From: a virus
DNA: 64,000 nt
Direction: 5' to 3' (one strand)
UHGV virus genome: UHGV-0084588
Shown: positions 10,384-20,790 of the stretch, in pieces
Numbering within the stretch: position 1 is the first letter of the stretch
Layout: each line of letters begins with the position of its first letter
Program-made: the position numbers and the translations under genes
The notes under the pieces: generated by a model
Seen by the model: the letters and a program-made list of their open reading frames with translations, nothing else
Database searches by the model: none
What the model was told of the DNA's origin: nothing

Positions 10384-13101
10384 TTAGAGGGTTTCATCGG
10401 CGTTGTCGTCTGTACCGGTATCCGTCTCGTCTGTGCCTTCAGCAGAAACGTCTTCTTCCGTTGTCGTATCGGTTTCCGTCGTTTCATCATCAGACATGTC
10501 CAAGTCTTCATCACCGCCCATATCGTCACCTCCTAAGTCCTCATCGCCCCCTAAGCCGCCGTCGTCTTCAGACCCGCCACTGTAGTCACTACCGCCACCG
10601 AAGTTATTGGCGTCCTCAGGATTCAAATCAGCCGCTTTTGCCAAGGTTTCAACTTTACCTGTTGCACGCTTTGCTAACTGAATCAACGTTTTAGATGCTG
10701 ATGCGATTTCATCAGAAATCATCTTGACGTTTTCGCCACGTTTATCTTCGTCGTAGATCAAATCAAACAGATCGGTTTCGATGCCCTGATTGCGTAGCCA
10801 GTTACGCGTATAGAACGATTTAATCATCGTCTTGAGATCATCAGGCTGCATTTCGATACCTTCATTCTGAAGCATATTTGAAATGTCGTCGGTAACAACC
10901 AGATCCGCCAGTTTCTCAATGAACTCATAGCGTTTATCGAACAGATCCGCTTGTGAAGAAGAAGCTGATGTGTCTGGTGGTGGTAAGGTGACTTTCATGC
11001 CATTGATGAACTTCGCCAGATACTCTGACGTTTGCTTGGTCAAGTCTTCACTTGTTACGTTAGGATTTTGATTGCGAATATACTCAACGATAATACGAAT
11101 CAATTCTGCTTGTAACTTAGGAGAGGCTTGCAAACTGTTTGTCACGTAGCGTGTTAACGGCGTAGACAGGATTTCTTGTTTCTTCACGATTTGCTGAGTA
11201 ACCAGCAGTGACTTGGAATAAATCTGCGAAGCAAATTCCAGGTTTTCTGGGGTCAAAACAAGATCCGGGTCTACACACGCGATGTGGCAAGTACGGCGGA
11301 GTAAGTTTTCATCGATTTGCTGATCGGGCACTTTATACTCAGGCGTTGTGTCCGAAACGGACACTTTATGACTGGCGTAGTATTCGTTACCCGTCACGTT
11401 AAATGCAATCCCGGCATTAGCCCCCATTGACCAGGCATCGTTGATATCGCCCCACATCGGTAAACGACGATTATAGGAGTTGAGGATATCCGATTTAACT
11501 TGGTCAACTGTTTTCTGACCGTTCATATCGTCCGGCGATAACTCAATGTCATATTGCATGTGACGCGCTGAGTTCAACACTGAAGAGTTCATTGTTGCGA
11601 ACAACAGCGCCATCCTGACCGTAGAGATGATAAAGGAACGTTCGGTGATAGACACCCCGATACCATCTTCGTTAAAGTCCGTTGCAAAGTAGCATAAGTT
11701 ATTAACCGGGATATAGACAACCTGTGTGTGACGTTTTGCGAGATGACGTGCCAGTAGAATACGACCGAAGGTTTCGGTAATTTTCATGCTGATTTCGGCA
11801 CCACCCAACGCCTGACTTAAAGCGCGGGTAAATTCGTTCTCAGCAATCTCGCTGCAACGTGCGCTTAAACGGTTGGCGATTTCAGGCGTTATACGAGAGG
11901 TATTACCCAAGCCTAAATTAGAGCGGTTGATAATACTGTCTGTCATGCCATCGTTATTAAGGTAGTTCATAAAGTTCGCGTCCCCGTAGAGTGAGGAACG
12001 TGAGTTGATGAAGTTACCCATATCGTCAATAATGGTCAGAAACCCAATAGGGTTACGAACGTCGTCACCAATAACCAACGGGGCGGTAGACTCAGCAGGG
12101 AGTAAGCATTCGAAATAGTCGATCTGGTTGTTTTCATCCATCGAAATAATCGGGATGTTACCATAAAGCTGAGTTTTTGGTGTACTTTTGTACGCTTCGT
12201 TCAGATCACCTAAGTTAATGAAACCTTTTTCAGCCGCATCACGCTGACGATCGTTAAACTGTTGATTAACTTCGTACGGCGCAGCACCTGTCGGTGTGGC
12301 TGGCTTTTCATATGCGGCTTGCTCTAATTGGCCGTAGAGACCAGTACGTGCGTTCTCATGCGCGATTCGACGATAAGCATGGGGCAGTAACGTGATACGT
12401 GGGTTGTCGGTAATCGAGATGTCCATTTCGAACTTATCTGAGAACATCTTATCATGGTTACTGAAATTGATTTTCAGTGATTGTGGTCCTTTAACAGGTC
12501 CACGGACACGGCTCAGAATAGATTCCACACCCACCCGTTGTCCGTCTTCTTGCGCGTTAATTGGGCCGAGAATACCGAGTTGTTCTTCGAAATAGGCGGC
12601 TTGAGAACGACGCATGGATTCGGTAGCGACTTTGGTGTCTAAACCGAATAGCTGGTCAAATCCATTGTCCGAGATTATCATCACTGGACTTGCGCCTTTT
12701 GTTTTTAACGCGTCGTAAATCCACTGATATAATTTCTTAGGTAATTGACGTACGTTATCATGGTAATCGCGCGTTGGCGTCAGTAAGTCATTACGTAAGT
12801 CAATTGGAATGTCTGCGATGTTGTCGTAAATCAACGTGGTGTTGATTAAGTCTTTTGTCGACAGCAAGCTCGAAGTTGCAATGGTAACAATCGTTTCGAG
12901 TTCAGGTAACGCATCAAAGATACGTTCCGCGCTTTTGATAGTACGAATACGCGAACTTACAATTCCTGCAAGTTCTTGACGTGTTGGCGTAGAACCACCC
13001 TCGCTACGCGTACCGCGTTGTTGCTGGGGTGCTGGGCCCGTAGTTTTACGAAGAATTGCAGCTACGGCGGGGTCGCCCGTTAATTTACTAATATCGTCCA
13101 T
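10384..13101 (-). CDS. large hypothetical protein with acidic Gly/Asp/Glu/Thr-rich C-terminal tail (905 aa), possibly virion-associated
   Basis: Long minus-strand ORF; last 90 aa are poly-acidic low complexity. A portal-like role is a guess from size only. Confidence 0.6.
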   Translation of the reverse strand: MDDISKLTGDPAVAAILRKTTGPAPQQQRGTRSEGGSTPTRQELAGIVSSRIRTIKSAERIFDALPELETIVTIATSSLLSTKDLINTTLIYDNIADIPIDLRNDLLTPTRDYHDNVRQLPKKLYQWIYDALKTKGASPVMIISDNGFDQLFGLDTKVATESMRRSQAAYFEEQLGILGPINAQEDGQRVGVESILSRVRGPVKGPQSLKINFSNHDKMFSDKFEMDISITDNPRITLLPHAYRRIAHENARTGLYGQLEQAAYEKPATPTGAAPYEVNQQFNDRQRDAAEKGFINLGDLNEAYKSTPKTQLYGNIPIISMDENNQIDYFECLLPAESTAPLVIGDDVRNPIGFLTIIDDMGNFINSRSSLYGDANFMNYLNNDGMTDSIINRSNLGLGNTSRITPEIANRLSARCSEIAENEFTRALSQALGGAEISMKITETFGRILLARHLAKRHTQVVYIPVNNLCYFATDFNEDGIGVSITERSFIISTVRMALLFATMNSSVLNSARHMQYDIELSPDDMNGQKTVDQVKSDILNSYNRRLPMWGDINDAWSMGANAGIAFNVTGNEYYASHKVSVSDTTPEYKVPDQQIDENLLRRTCHIACVDPDLVLTPENLEFASQIYSKSLLVTQQIVKKQEILSTPLTRYVTNSLQASPKLQAELIRIIVEYIRNQNPNVTSEDLTKQTSEYLAKFINGMKVTLPPPDTSASSSQADLFDKRYEFIEKLADLVVTDDISNMLQNEGIEMQPDDLKTMIKSFYTRNWLRNQGIETDLFDLIYDEDKRGENVKMISDEIASASKTLIQLAKRATGKVETLAKAADLNPEDANNFGGGSDYSGGSEDDGGLGGDEDLGGDDMGGDEDLDMSDDETTETDTTTEEDVSAEGTDETDTGTDDNADETL

Positions 13102-13112
13102 TGGGGTCTCCG

Positions 13113-15296
13113 ATGCAGAGATTTAACATATTTCGTGATCAGAACATCGCGTTGGCGAAATCACTGATTATTAAATCAGAATCAATCGCGCAACAGATGA
13201 ATCTGGCAATAACCGAGAACGGCGGTTTCGTTTCCGATAACCGTAGTACGTGGCGATACTACCTGCATTTAGCAGGACAACGTCACGAAATGGATAAACC
13301 CATTTACATAACGTCGCTCGACACGCAAGAGCAGATAGAATTAACGACAGCCAACCTGTCCCGTCATAAAAAGACCTCTAACGTTTTTCGTTCGAATGCT
13401 GAGTATATTGAGGCATTGATCGCAACTTATCCTGAATACGCGATTTATATTCGCGGCGTCTTTACGCCAATCGATTTAAACTACGCGTTACGTGTAGACG
13501 ACTGTTCTATTTTGTACTACGACAGTTCGTTGGTAGAATCACAAGAGACGTCCTTGATTAGCCGTCTGGAGGCGAGAATTCGTGCAGCCCACGTCCGTTA
13601 CATGGCTGAGGGTTGGAAGGTCCACAACGACGCGTTTGTGTTAGCTTTCTATTGCATGTTGTTTCCGCAGCTACCAGGCATAATTGGCTATATTCGTTCT
13701 TCTTTACAGCATACGACAGAAACACACTCTTTCTTCGTTACCGAATTTTTAGCTTCGCATCAGGAACTGCACGAGTTTATGCCGTACCTGACTCAGAAAC
13801 AAAAATTCATTCTTTATCGAAATATTCGATACTGGGAACGTAACTCAGGGAAAGAAGAGATCTTCGATTGGCAAATCGATGCGCTACTGACAGGTTGGGG
13901 AATGCCTGCGGTCGGGTATAATGTTGCGCAGCAGATTCACGAACCGAAAGATAACGATGATAATTCCTTAACACCGTTGCCTATCGGTTATCAGCAATCT
14001 TTAAACTACACAGAGAAAGACTCTGGACGCGATTTGGATATTGTTACTACTACGGACATAATCCAAAAAGAGGTGGGGTTAGCGTATAATAACCCGGCGT
14101 ACGAACCGGAGTATCAAGAAGACCTAGACACACGGCTGAGTCTGACACAGTATCCCAACTTAACGACGAAGCTCGTAGAAGTAACCGCCGTTGACCCAGA
14201 AGCTATTGAGCGTTTTGAATACACACATAACCTCTTTAATGAATGGGTACATTTGGTAGCGAAGGGAAAATACAGCATCTACCACGAGATTCTTAACCCG
14301 ACAAACGGCGACACGTTAAAACTGAGTTCGAAAGAGCTGTTGGCGCTGTTTTTGTACGCGACGTATAAAGGTTACTCCGATGTTGCACTTGAAGAAATCC
14401 CCGTATTTAACGTTTTTGATGTCTTGATTAAACGTTGGGTTTCGTTCGATGAAATGGAACAACATCTTATCCCGAGTTGGGAACACCGTTTCGACGCACT
14501 GATTAACTATTACACCGACACCCACACCGAAGTGGTCGGAACGATTCTCAGTGCCGATGAACTTTACGACACGGTTAATGAAATTATCTTACAGAAACGC
14601 CGTCGTTGGCGTTATAGTCAAAACCGTCGTAAGATTCCCGACCGTGCTGCGGGTTTAATGTTGTTCGATTACCACTATCGCGATTACCGATGCGATTTAA
14701 AGTTAAAGTATCGTAACTACGACGAGTTCTTTAAGACCTTCGGTTTAGACTACACACTGGTCTCCGCAGAAACGTGGCAAGATATCGCAGTCGATGCATT
14801 GAACACCGCAACAAACCTTGAAACGCGTGCAACTATTTCGCAATCTGAAATACAGCGTGCGATGGTCCGATTAATGACCAAGCTTTCGTCGTATACCGTA
14901 CATTTTGCTGCGCGGATGGGGTCAGATTCTTACGACGTTATGGACCCGCTTTGTCCGATCTTAGGGGATATCCCTATGAGTGGGGAGGGTACAGTTACCA
15001 TCATTGAACCTCTCTTAGGCGTACAGTCAGTTACGCGACACCAATACATGACGACGGACAAAGTGCTCCCCGCAGCGCCGGTGATTAAAGAGCTGTCCAT
15101 GCCGCAACACATCAAACTACGGATGAACATTTACATGGGTATCCGTGTGAGAGTGAATCAGCAAGTCGTGGTGGATATTAATGAACCGACCACCGGGGTT
15201 GTTAAGGTCAAGTCTTCACTTGACGACTGGGCGTTAAACGAACAGGTGAAAATTAACGATCTCGAAGGGTTTACGTTAGACCAGCTACCTAAGTGA
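13113..15296 (+). CDS. hypothetical protein (about 727 aa)
   Basis: Long ORF; I prefer the ATG at 13113 over the TTG at 13101 given by the track. No Walker A motif seen, so I do not call it a terminase. Confidence 0.6.
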   Translation: MQRFNIFRDQNIALAKSLIIKSESIAQQMNLAITENGGFVSDNRSTWRYYLHLAGQRHEMDKPIYITSLDTQEQIELTTANLSRHKKTSNVFRSNAEYIEALIATYPEYAIYIRGVFTPIDLNYALRVDDCSILYYDSSLVESQETSLISRLEARIRAAHVRYMAEGWKVHNDAFVLAFYCMLFPQLPGIIGYIRSSLQHTTETHSFFVTEFLASHQELHEFMPYLTQKQKFILYRNIRYWERNSGKEEIFDWQIDALLTGWGMPAVGYNVAQQIHEPKDNDDNSLTPLPIGYQQSLNYTEKDSGRDLDIVTTTDIIQKEVGLAYNNPAYEPEYQEDLDTRLSLTQYPNLTTKLVEVTAVDPEAIERFEYTHNLFNEWVHLVAKGKYSIYHEILNPTNGDTLKLSSKELLALFLYATYKGYSDVALEEIPVFNVFDVLIKRWVSFDEMEQHLIPSWEHRFDALINYYTDTHTEVVGTILSADELYDTVNEIILQKRRRWRYSQNRRKIPDRAAGLMLFDYHYRDYRCDLKLKYRNYDEFFKTFGLDYTLVSAETWQDIAVDALNTATNLETRATISQSEIQRAMVRLMTKLSSYTVHFAARMGSDSYDVMDPLCPILGDIPMSGEGTVTIIEPLLGVQSVTRHQYMTTDKVLPAAPVIKELSMPQHIKLRMNIYMGIRVRVNQQVVVDINEPTTGVVKVKSSLDDWALNEQVKINDLEGFTLDQLPK

Positions 15297-15303
15297 GAAA
15301 ACC

Positions 15304-15831
15304 ATGGCATATCGTGTCGATTTAACGAAAGCACCTAAACAAATTTTAGTAGACCGGATTAACTACGTATTTAGTCTATCCTATACTGCTGATAACATCG
15401 AGTTTAACGCAAACGGCGTTCAACCACTAACTTTAGCAGAACGTCAACGTTACGGGCTAGAATCAAAGGTTGCTGCCGTCTTCCGTAACGGCGTTGTCGG
15501 AAACCAGGAATTCATTTTAACTCGCGTTGATTTGGCAACGTTCCTGGCCGATGAACCGGTGAGTGTACCGAAAGGCGCAGTAACGTCCAGCGAAGAGTTG
15601 GCCGATTATATCGTTGCGCAAACAGGGATTGACCTGCGTGCCGACGACATTATGATTGAGCCGATTTCAGAGGAGCTGGATTCTTATGATGTTCGTCTCG
15701 TCCCGAATCATTTGTCTTTTAAAGGAACGATTCCGGTCGTATTTACTGATTCCACTCCACGCAAATTGGCGTCTCTTGTGACGAAATTGGCGTTGGATGG
15801 GTTCCGCCCAGGAGAATTAATCAATGTCTAA
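15304..15831 (+). CDS. hypothetical protein (175 aa)
   Basis: ORF 8 nt after the previous stop, same strand. Confidence 0.55.
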   Translation: MAYRVDLTKAPKQILVDRINYVFSLSYTADNIEFNANGVQPLTLAERQRYGLESKVAAVFRNGVVGNQEFILTRVDLATFLADEPVSVPKGAVTSSEELADYIVAQTGIDLRADDIMIEPISEELDSYDVRLVPNHLSFKGTIPVVFTDSTPRKLASLVTKLALDGFRPGELINV

Positions 15832-16711
15832 TGTCAAAGTTTACGACGGTAAACTCTCGACGGTAACGCTTAATGCGATGCGTTTGGCTACCGCATTAAT
15901 TACCGGTGCTGACGTGCAATACCCACAAAAATCCACACTGAATGAGTTCTATAAACTCATGCAAACACCAGTGCCGGACGGTAAAGCGCGTCCTCATTTG
16001 CAGTACATGGCAATTGGTAACCGTGGCCATATGGTCGACACCTCTGATGTGGTGGCTGACGTTGTGCCTGTAGGTAAAGAGCCCATTGCTTCCGGGATGT
16101 TTTCCCGCGTTCCGTTTGTCCTGCGTACAAAAGACAATGATCTGTCTGACGAACAACGTCGAAACTATGCTTTTCGTACTTTGGAAACGTTTAACAAACG
16201 CGAATACTGGGCGTATTACTTAAAACGCATCGATATGCGCGCTGTAAAAACCACCGATTACGATATCAAGCGTGAGAACGGTGTTGAGACTGTCGAAGAC
16301 TTTGTATACACCGACACGGAGTTAAACCCCGTGCCGAAAGTATTGCCTGATTACGATTACGACGACGATGGCACCGTTGCAATTCCAGACGGACGTTATG
16401 TCGAATCGGGTGCTGACCTGGTTATTCCGTGGACAGACTTCGATGTTCAGGAATATATGAACGTAACGAGCATTATGCGTGGCAGCCCGCGTAGTTCAAT
16501 CATCTCTGAACTGGCACTCTGCTCAGGGTTAGACCAGGTAGCGTCCGGGGACTCTGCAACTGGGTCTAAATTCAGTTATAACGAGGCGATTGGGGTCCAG
16601 GCGCTGTACTATATTTCGATGTTTACCAACCTGGCACAGACGAATGACAAACTGTCTTTGACCATTCGCATCGGACAACCTGCGCCGTTCTTCCTGGGGA
16701 CTGCTAACTGA
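15824..16711 (+). CDS. hypothetical protein (295 aa)
   Basis: ORF overlapping the upstream stop by 8 nt (operon-like coupling). Confidence 0.55.
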   Translation: MSNVKVYDGKLSTVTLNAMRLATALITGADVQYPQKSTLNEFYKLMQTPVPDGKARPHLQYMAIGNRGHMVDTSDVVADVVPVGKEPIASGMFSRVPFVLRTKDNDLSDEQRRNYAFRTLETFNKREYWAYYLKRIDMRAVKTTDYDIKRENGVETVEDFVYTDTELNPVPKVLPDYDYDDDGTVAIPDGRYVESGADLVIPWTDFDVQEYMNVTSIMRGSPRSSIISELALCSGLDQVASGDSATGSKFSYNEAIGVQALYYISMFTNLAQTNDKLSLTIRIGQPAPFFLGTAN

Positions 16712-17355
16712 TGTTGATACCCGAGCCGAGACTTCCAGATAAGATGGTAAGAATCGCGGCAATAGACCCCGGTACGAGCCATCTTGGTATGGCAGTATTG
16801 GATTGGGAATACGGCAGCGATCAAGCCGAAGTGGTTTGGGCTGATACCATGCATGTATTAGACCCAACGCATCCAAATGCGTTCGCAGAGTGTGTCGGTA
16901 AACGTGACGATCGTTTAGTTAAGCTCGAAGCTTGTTACCGTGAATTTCTTCGGATTGCCTGCCCAACTTTCGTTGCAACTGAGACACCGTTCATGCGGAG
17001 AGCAAAACTCTCCGCTTATGAATCTGGCGTCGAACTACAATTAATGTTGCGACGTACTTTGTGGGATATTTACCCGGAGAAAATTTTACACGGCTTCAAT
17101 CCTATCATTGTAAAATCATTCGTTGGGGTGGAGGCGAAGGGGACGGATAAAACCGATATGTTTCGGGCCGTGACCAAACTCTACCGTGAACATGCTTTGT
17201 TTGATATTACAACGTTAGATGAGCACAGCATTGATGCTGTGGCGGTGGGAAATATTTTCGTCAGGGTAAATCTGTTAAACTTAAACAGCTTGCTACCGCC
17301 TAAACAAAAGTCGACCAAGACCTCCAGGCGGAGAAGGCGTCGGAGAAAACGTTAA
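16711..17355 (+). CDS. RuvC-like Holliday junction resolvase with poly-Arg C-terminal tail
   Basis: N-terminal IAAIDPGTSHLGMAV resembles the RuvC catalytic Asp motif; later ETPF and HSIDAVAVG acidic motifs fit the RuvC fold; C-terminus KSTKTSRRRRRRRKR. Confidence 0.65.
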   Translation: MLIPEPRLPDKMVRIAAIDPGTSHLGMAVLDWEYGSDQAEVVWADTMHVLDPTHPNAFAECVGKRDDRLVKLEACYREFLRIACPTFVATETPFMRRAKLSAYESGVELQLMLRRTLWDIYPEKILHGFNPIIVKSFVGVEAKGTDKTDMFRAVTKLYREHALFDITTLDEHSIDAVAVGNIFVRVNLLNLNSLLPPKQKSTKTSRRRRRRRKR

Positions 17356-17933
17356 TGGAACCAAGCACACAAGCAATACCCACCGAAATACTTGACTTAC
17401 TGATTCAAGCTGGAAACAGAAAGTTAAGTAAAGAACAGTCTGAACAGTTAACGAAACTCTTGAAAGCGGCGTATGGGGATGAAGTCGATGTTGACGTCAC
17501 CCGTTCGGGAACAAAGATTCTTTCCGATCTACGACCGACGCTAATCGATAATTTAGGCAAAATATCAGAACAATTCCATCAGCAGGCAACCGATGCTGTG
17601 GAATCTCTCGGGGATGAGATTAGCAAAGAAACCATGCTAACCTTGTGGCCGAAATTAGCCGCTCCTCAGAAGTTCATTATTGCCCTCTTGACATTGGCGA
17701 CGGTTATTGTAACCGGATTCTTGGGTTACGACACGCACCAACATTTTCCAGAAGACAGTCTAGACGTTCTGATTGTGACGTTGGTACCGTTCTTTGCATT
17801 GGTTGTTTTTGCGACTTGGCCGATTAAAACGTTGGCTTATAAGTCTCTTGAGATAGCCACAAAAGTTGTTGAGAAGAAGCTTGAGAAATCAGGCCAGCTT
17901 AAGTCGAAGACAGAAAGCCCAGCAACGAAATAA
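17355..17933 (+). CDS. membrane protein (two predicted TM helices)
   Basis: Two hydrophobic segments (FIIALLTLATVIVTGFLGY and VLIVTLVPFFALVVFATWPI); terminator downstream. Confidence 0.55.
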   Translation: MEPSTQAIPTEILDLLIQAGNRKLSKEQSEQLTKLLKAAYGDEVDVDVTRSGTKILSDLRPTLIDNLGKISEQFHQQATDAVESLGDEISKETMLTLWPKLAAPQKFIIALLTLATVIVTGFLGYDTHQHFPEDSLDVLIVTLVPFFALVVFATWPIKTLAYKSLEIATKVVEKKLEKSGQLKSKTESPATK

Positions 17934-17937
17934 TATT

Positions 17938-17977
17938 AACCTCTACCTTCGGGTAGAGGTTACTTCTTTTTATTTTT
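17938..17977 (+). terminator. rho-independent terminator
   Basis: AACCTCTACC-ttcg-GGTAGAGGTT followed by acttctttttattttt. Confidence 0.7.
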
Positions 17978-18023
17978 ACAATTTTTAAACATAGTGTGAG
18001 ACTTAAAAGAAGGAGTGTTAATT

Positions 18024-18677
18024 GTGGAACCGTTACGCTTAATGACCAGAACGTTGCTGATACCTATTCAAGAGCTGAAGGTTGGGCCGTTGGTCGCCTC
18101 TAATGGGGAAATTGTTGATTTCGTTAAAGAAGAAAAAATTGTTACGACCGCTTTCCAAGAGACGGTTCATCGCTATTATCATGCAGTACCCTTATCGGGC
18201 AGTTTAGATTGCCCTGGTGTGGAGGGGAGTACATCTGCGTTAATAGTGGAGCACTTAGAAAAGAAAGGGTTTGGAGTTGGGAAGGGGCAGGTTTTTGTAG
18301 ACATCTCTAAACTGAACGAGTATCAGAAAGACCTAACGTTTCAGATAAGAAGATTACTTACCCGCTACGGTCTTTTCTCGATTAATTGTAAGTTCGACGA
18401 CGTTCGGATGTTAGACCACGGTTTTACTACCGCCCTTAAAATCTATCGCGGTAAAAGATACATTCAGTTTGCTTGGTGGGTGCCGACCCTGCGAGGTGAG
18501 AGAAAAACGGTGGAAGGGTTGTACGGTTGGGCTTTATGGAGCGAAGTTCCAGTAACGAAACTCGATGCAATTATTCCACAACATCGAAACGTTCCACTTA
18601 GCAGTTTATTTACTTCTGGTGGGAACACCACGTGGGATGAATTTGTTAAAAATGTTTTATCGATAGGGGAACAATAA
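18024..18677 (+). CDS. hypothetical protein
   Basis: ORF in track from 18015; GTG at 18024 has better spacing to SD aaggag (18009-18014). Confidence 0.5.
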   Translation: MEPLRLMTRTLLIPIQELKVGPLVASNGEIVDFVKEEKIVTTAFQETVHRYYHAVPLSGSLDCPGVEGSTSALIVEHLEKKGFGVGKGQVFVDISKLNEYQKDLTFQIRRLLTRYGLFSINCKFDDVRMLDHGFTTALKIYRGKRYIQFAWWVPTLRGERKTVEGLYGWALWSEVPVTKLDAIIPQHRNVPLSSLFTSGGNTTWDEFVKNVLSIGEQ

Positions 18678-19153
18678 TGCAACAGCTAGATATCACCGAA
18701 GACAAAATCTCCGCTAAATTTCCTGAATTACGTGAATATGTGAAAGATTTAAATTCGATTCGAGAAACGCCGGTTAGAATCACTTTGGCCGTTGAAGACG
18801 ATATTACACATGGGGTTGCAATCTGGGAACCGGGGAACCTTATTTATCTGGTGGTGGCCGAGGGTTCTCGTCGCAGCGGTGTAGGTTCCTTTTTACTGAA
18901 ATACGTTCAACTCAATTCAGATCGTCAAATGGTGATGTGTCGTGTTCATCCTTCAAACATCGACGGGCTGTGTTTCTTTTCCAAAAAAGGCTTCCAAATA
19001 GACCGATGGTTTATTGCCAGTGACTCCCGTCGGTATTTTCGTATGACGAACAGTAACGTTGATTCGTCATACGCCCCGCCGGAAGAAGGATATTTGGTGG
19101 ATTTTATTGAAAACACCCCCATCTTTCTCTCTGTTGCGGATAAGATTTATTAG
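18677..19153 (+). CDS. GNAT-family N-acetyltransferase (158 aa)
   Basis: Acetyl-CoA binding-like motif RRSGVGSFLLKYV with the expected preceding beta-strand pattern. Confidence 0.5.
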   Translation: MQQLDITEDKISAKFPELREYVKDLNSIRETPVRITLAVEDDITHGVAIWEPGNLIYLVVAEGSRRSGVGSFLLKYVQLNSDRQMVMCRVHPSNIDGLCFFSKKGFQIDRWFIASDSRRYFRMTNSNVDSSYAPPEEGYLVDFIENTPIFLSVADKIY

Positions 19154-19172
19154 AAACAGTTGAGAGCCCAAA

Positions 19173-19649
19173 ATGATTCGTGTCGAATATGAGACGCGGT
19201 GCTTGGAAGGCAATAAAGCAAAAGTGTTACGTTGCGTTGAAGTTATCCCCGCACACGAGGTTGATTTATGTACAGGTCGTGTTCGGGGTGTTCCTGTAAC
19301 GATAATACAGCATAATCCTTGTTCGCAATTTAAAGAGAAGGCAACTCCAGCAGTACGTTCTCGTCGACGAGAGGACTTTTCTGATCTCCGCAAATCTTTT
19401 ACACGGCACTACCGACGCAGTAAATGGAAAGTGCTGGTATTAATTTTAGTGGATGATTTTATTAAAGACCTGGTTTGGGAGGAGGTGCTAAAAGAGCGCG
19501 GTTTTACACCCAAACCTTTCTCGTATCACTGGGAACGTTTCAAAAAGAAATATCGTGAAGCGTTATGGTTTTCGCCTAACACACGGAACATGATTCCGCG
19601 TTTAGAGTCGATGCCATGGCTACGCGATCATCTTGATGAGGTAGACTGA
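19173..19649 (+). CDS. hypothetical basic protein (158 aa)
   Basis: ORF, same strand, Arg/Lys-rich. Confidence 0.5.
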   Translation: MIRVEYETRCLEGNKAKVLRCVEVIPAHEVDLCTGRVRGVPVTIIQHNPCSQFKEKATPAVRSRRREDFSDLRKSFTRHYRRSKWKVLVLILVDDFIKDLVWEEVLKERGFTPKPFSYHWERFKKKYREALWFSPNTRNMIPRLESMPWLRDHLDEVD

Positions 19650-20041
19650 TGAAACGAACTGTCATTACCCTATTTCTAACGTTACTTTCATTTTCCGCGT
19701 TAGCGGAATTTAAACCGCACGATATTAGTCGTTTTGAACCTACGGTGCCAGGCGATAAACCTGTTGTATTTAAACCCACAGACGATCCAGTCGTTGCAGT
19801 TCAAAACGACGAGTTTGCCACGGTAAATTATGGCAAAACCGAACTGTGCCCAGCGGGTGGCTTCTATTTGGTAAATATCAAGCGTCGTACATATCAGTTT
19901 GTTGATCCTGGAAGCTGTTCTGCCAGTGTAAAGGTAACGTTAGAAACTGTACCCTATGCAAATAAAAGTATTAATATTCAACGTTTAACTTTTTATGTTG
20001 GTGATGAGATCACCGCACGCTACCCGTTATACGGGTATTAG
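19649..20041 (+). CDS. secreted protein (signal peptide)
   Basis: N-terminus MKRTVITLFLTLLSFSALA is a typical Sec signal peptide. Confidence 0.55.
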   Translation: MKRTVITLFLTLLSFSALAEFKPHDISRFEPTVPGDKPVVFKPTDDPVVAVQNDEFATVNYGKTELCPAGGFYLVNIKRRTYQFVDPGSCSASVKVTLETVPYANKSINIQRLTFYVGDEITARYPLYGY

Positions 20042-20064
20042 CGATTAACCCCCGCGGAGTTTGT

Positions 20065-20703
20065 ATGTCTTTTGTAATTGATTTTGAAGTTGGCCATAGA
20101 CAGAACTTACTCAACCTCGTCAGTTACTGTAATAGCGGCAGTGTACGTAAAAAGCTTTCGGCTGAGAAAGTGGATGTTTCTTTAATAGGCGCACCCACAC
20201 CGGAAGGTCGGTATCGGGTAAAGTTAACTAACCGCAACGATATTAACGACGCGGTGATGGTATCTTACACGAAGCTTCAATTGAACGACTTTCTTGATAT
20301 TCCCGGTAAGTATCTGGATTGGTTCGATTTCGAAAACGGCCAACCGAAAAATTACGATAAATGGGCAGAGTCCGCGAAAGCGTCAGTAGAGAAGACGTGT
20401 CAGGATCGTGGTATGGTTTTGTCACGTGCATGGGATACTGGCTCGCAGTGCCATGTTGAGTATGATGAAGATCTCGAGCGCTATGCGGTAATTTACGAAT
20501 GTGATTCGTTTATTTATAGCGCACGAAATCGATTTATTCTACCGCTTCATATTGGGCAAATTATTACGAATAAAACCCTTGACGGACTTAACTACAACAA
20601 CGAACTGAATAAACGTCCTTTAGGGAGTGTAGATGGTGAGTTGGATGTCTGGATGGGCAAAGCGTTACTCGAAACTGTTGTTTTAAGTGGTTTAGAAGAG
20701 TGA
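20065..20703 (+). CDS. hypothetical protein (212 aa)
   Basis: ORF followed by a strong terminator. Confidence 0.55.
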   Translation: MSFVIDFEVGHRQNLLNLVSYCNSGSVRKKLSAEKVDVSLIGAPTPEGRYRVKLTNRNDINDAVMVSYTKLQLNDFLDIPGKYLDWFDFENGQPKNYDKWAESAKASVEKTCQDRGMVLSRAWDTGSQCHVEYDEDLERYAVIYECDSFIYSARNRFILPLHIGQIITNKTLDGLNYNNELNKRPLGSVDGELDVWMGKALLETVVLSGLEE

Positions 20704-20716
20704 TGACGTTGGCGAT

Positions 20717-20762
20717 AGGAGAGAACCTTTTCGGGGTTCTCTCCTGCTTTCTTTTTTTTTCG
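20717..20762 (+). terminator. rho-independent terminator
   Basis: AGGAGAGAACC-loop-GGTTCTCTCCT followed by gctttcttttttttt. Confidence 0.65.
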
Positions 20763-20790
20763 CTTCACAACTTCAGTATGGAGGTGACAA

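Noticed and set aside
13113-15296. Large terminase assignment for the 727-aa protein next to the 905-aa protein
   Set aside because: I could not find a Walker A P-loop or a recognisable nuclease motif by eye, so it is left as hypothetical.
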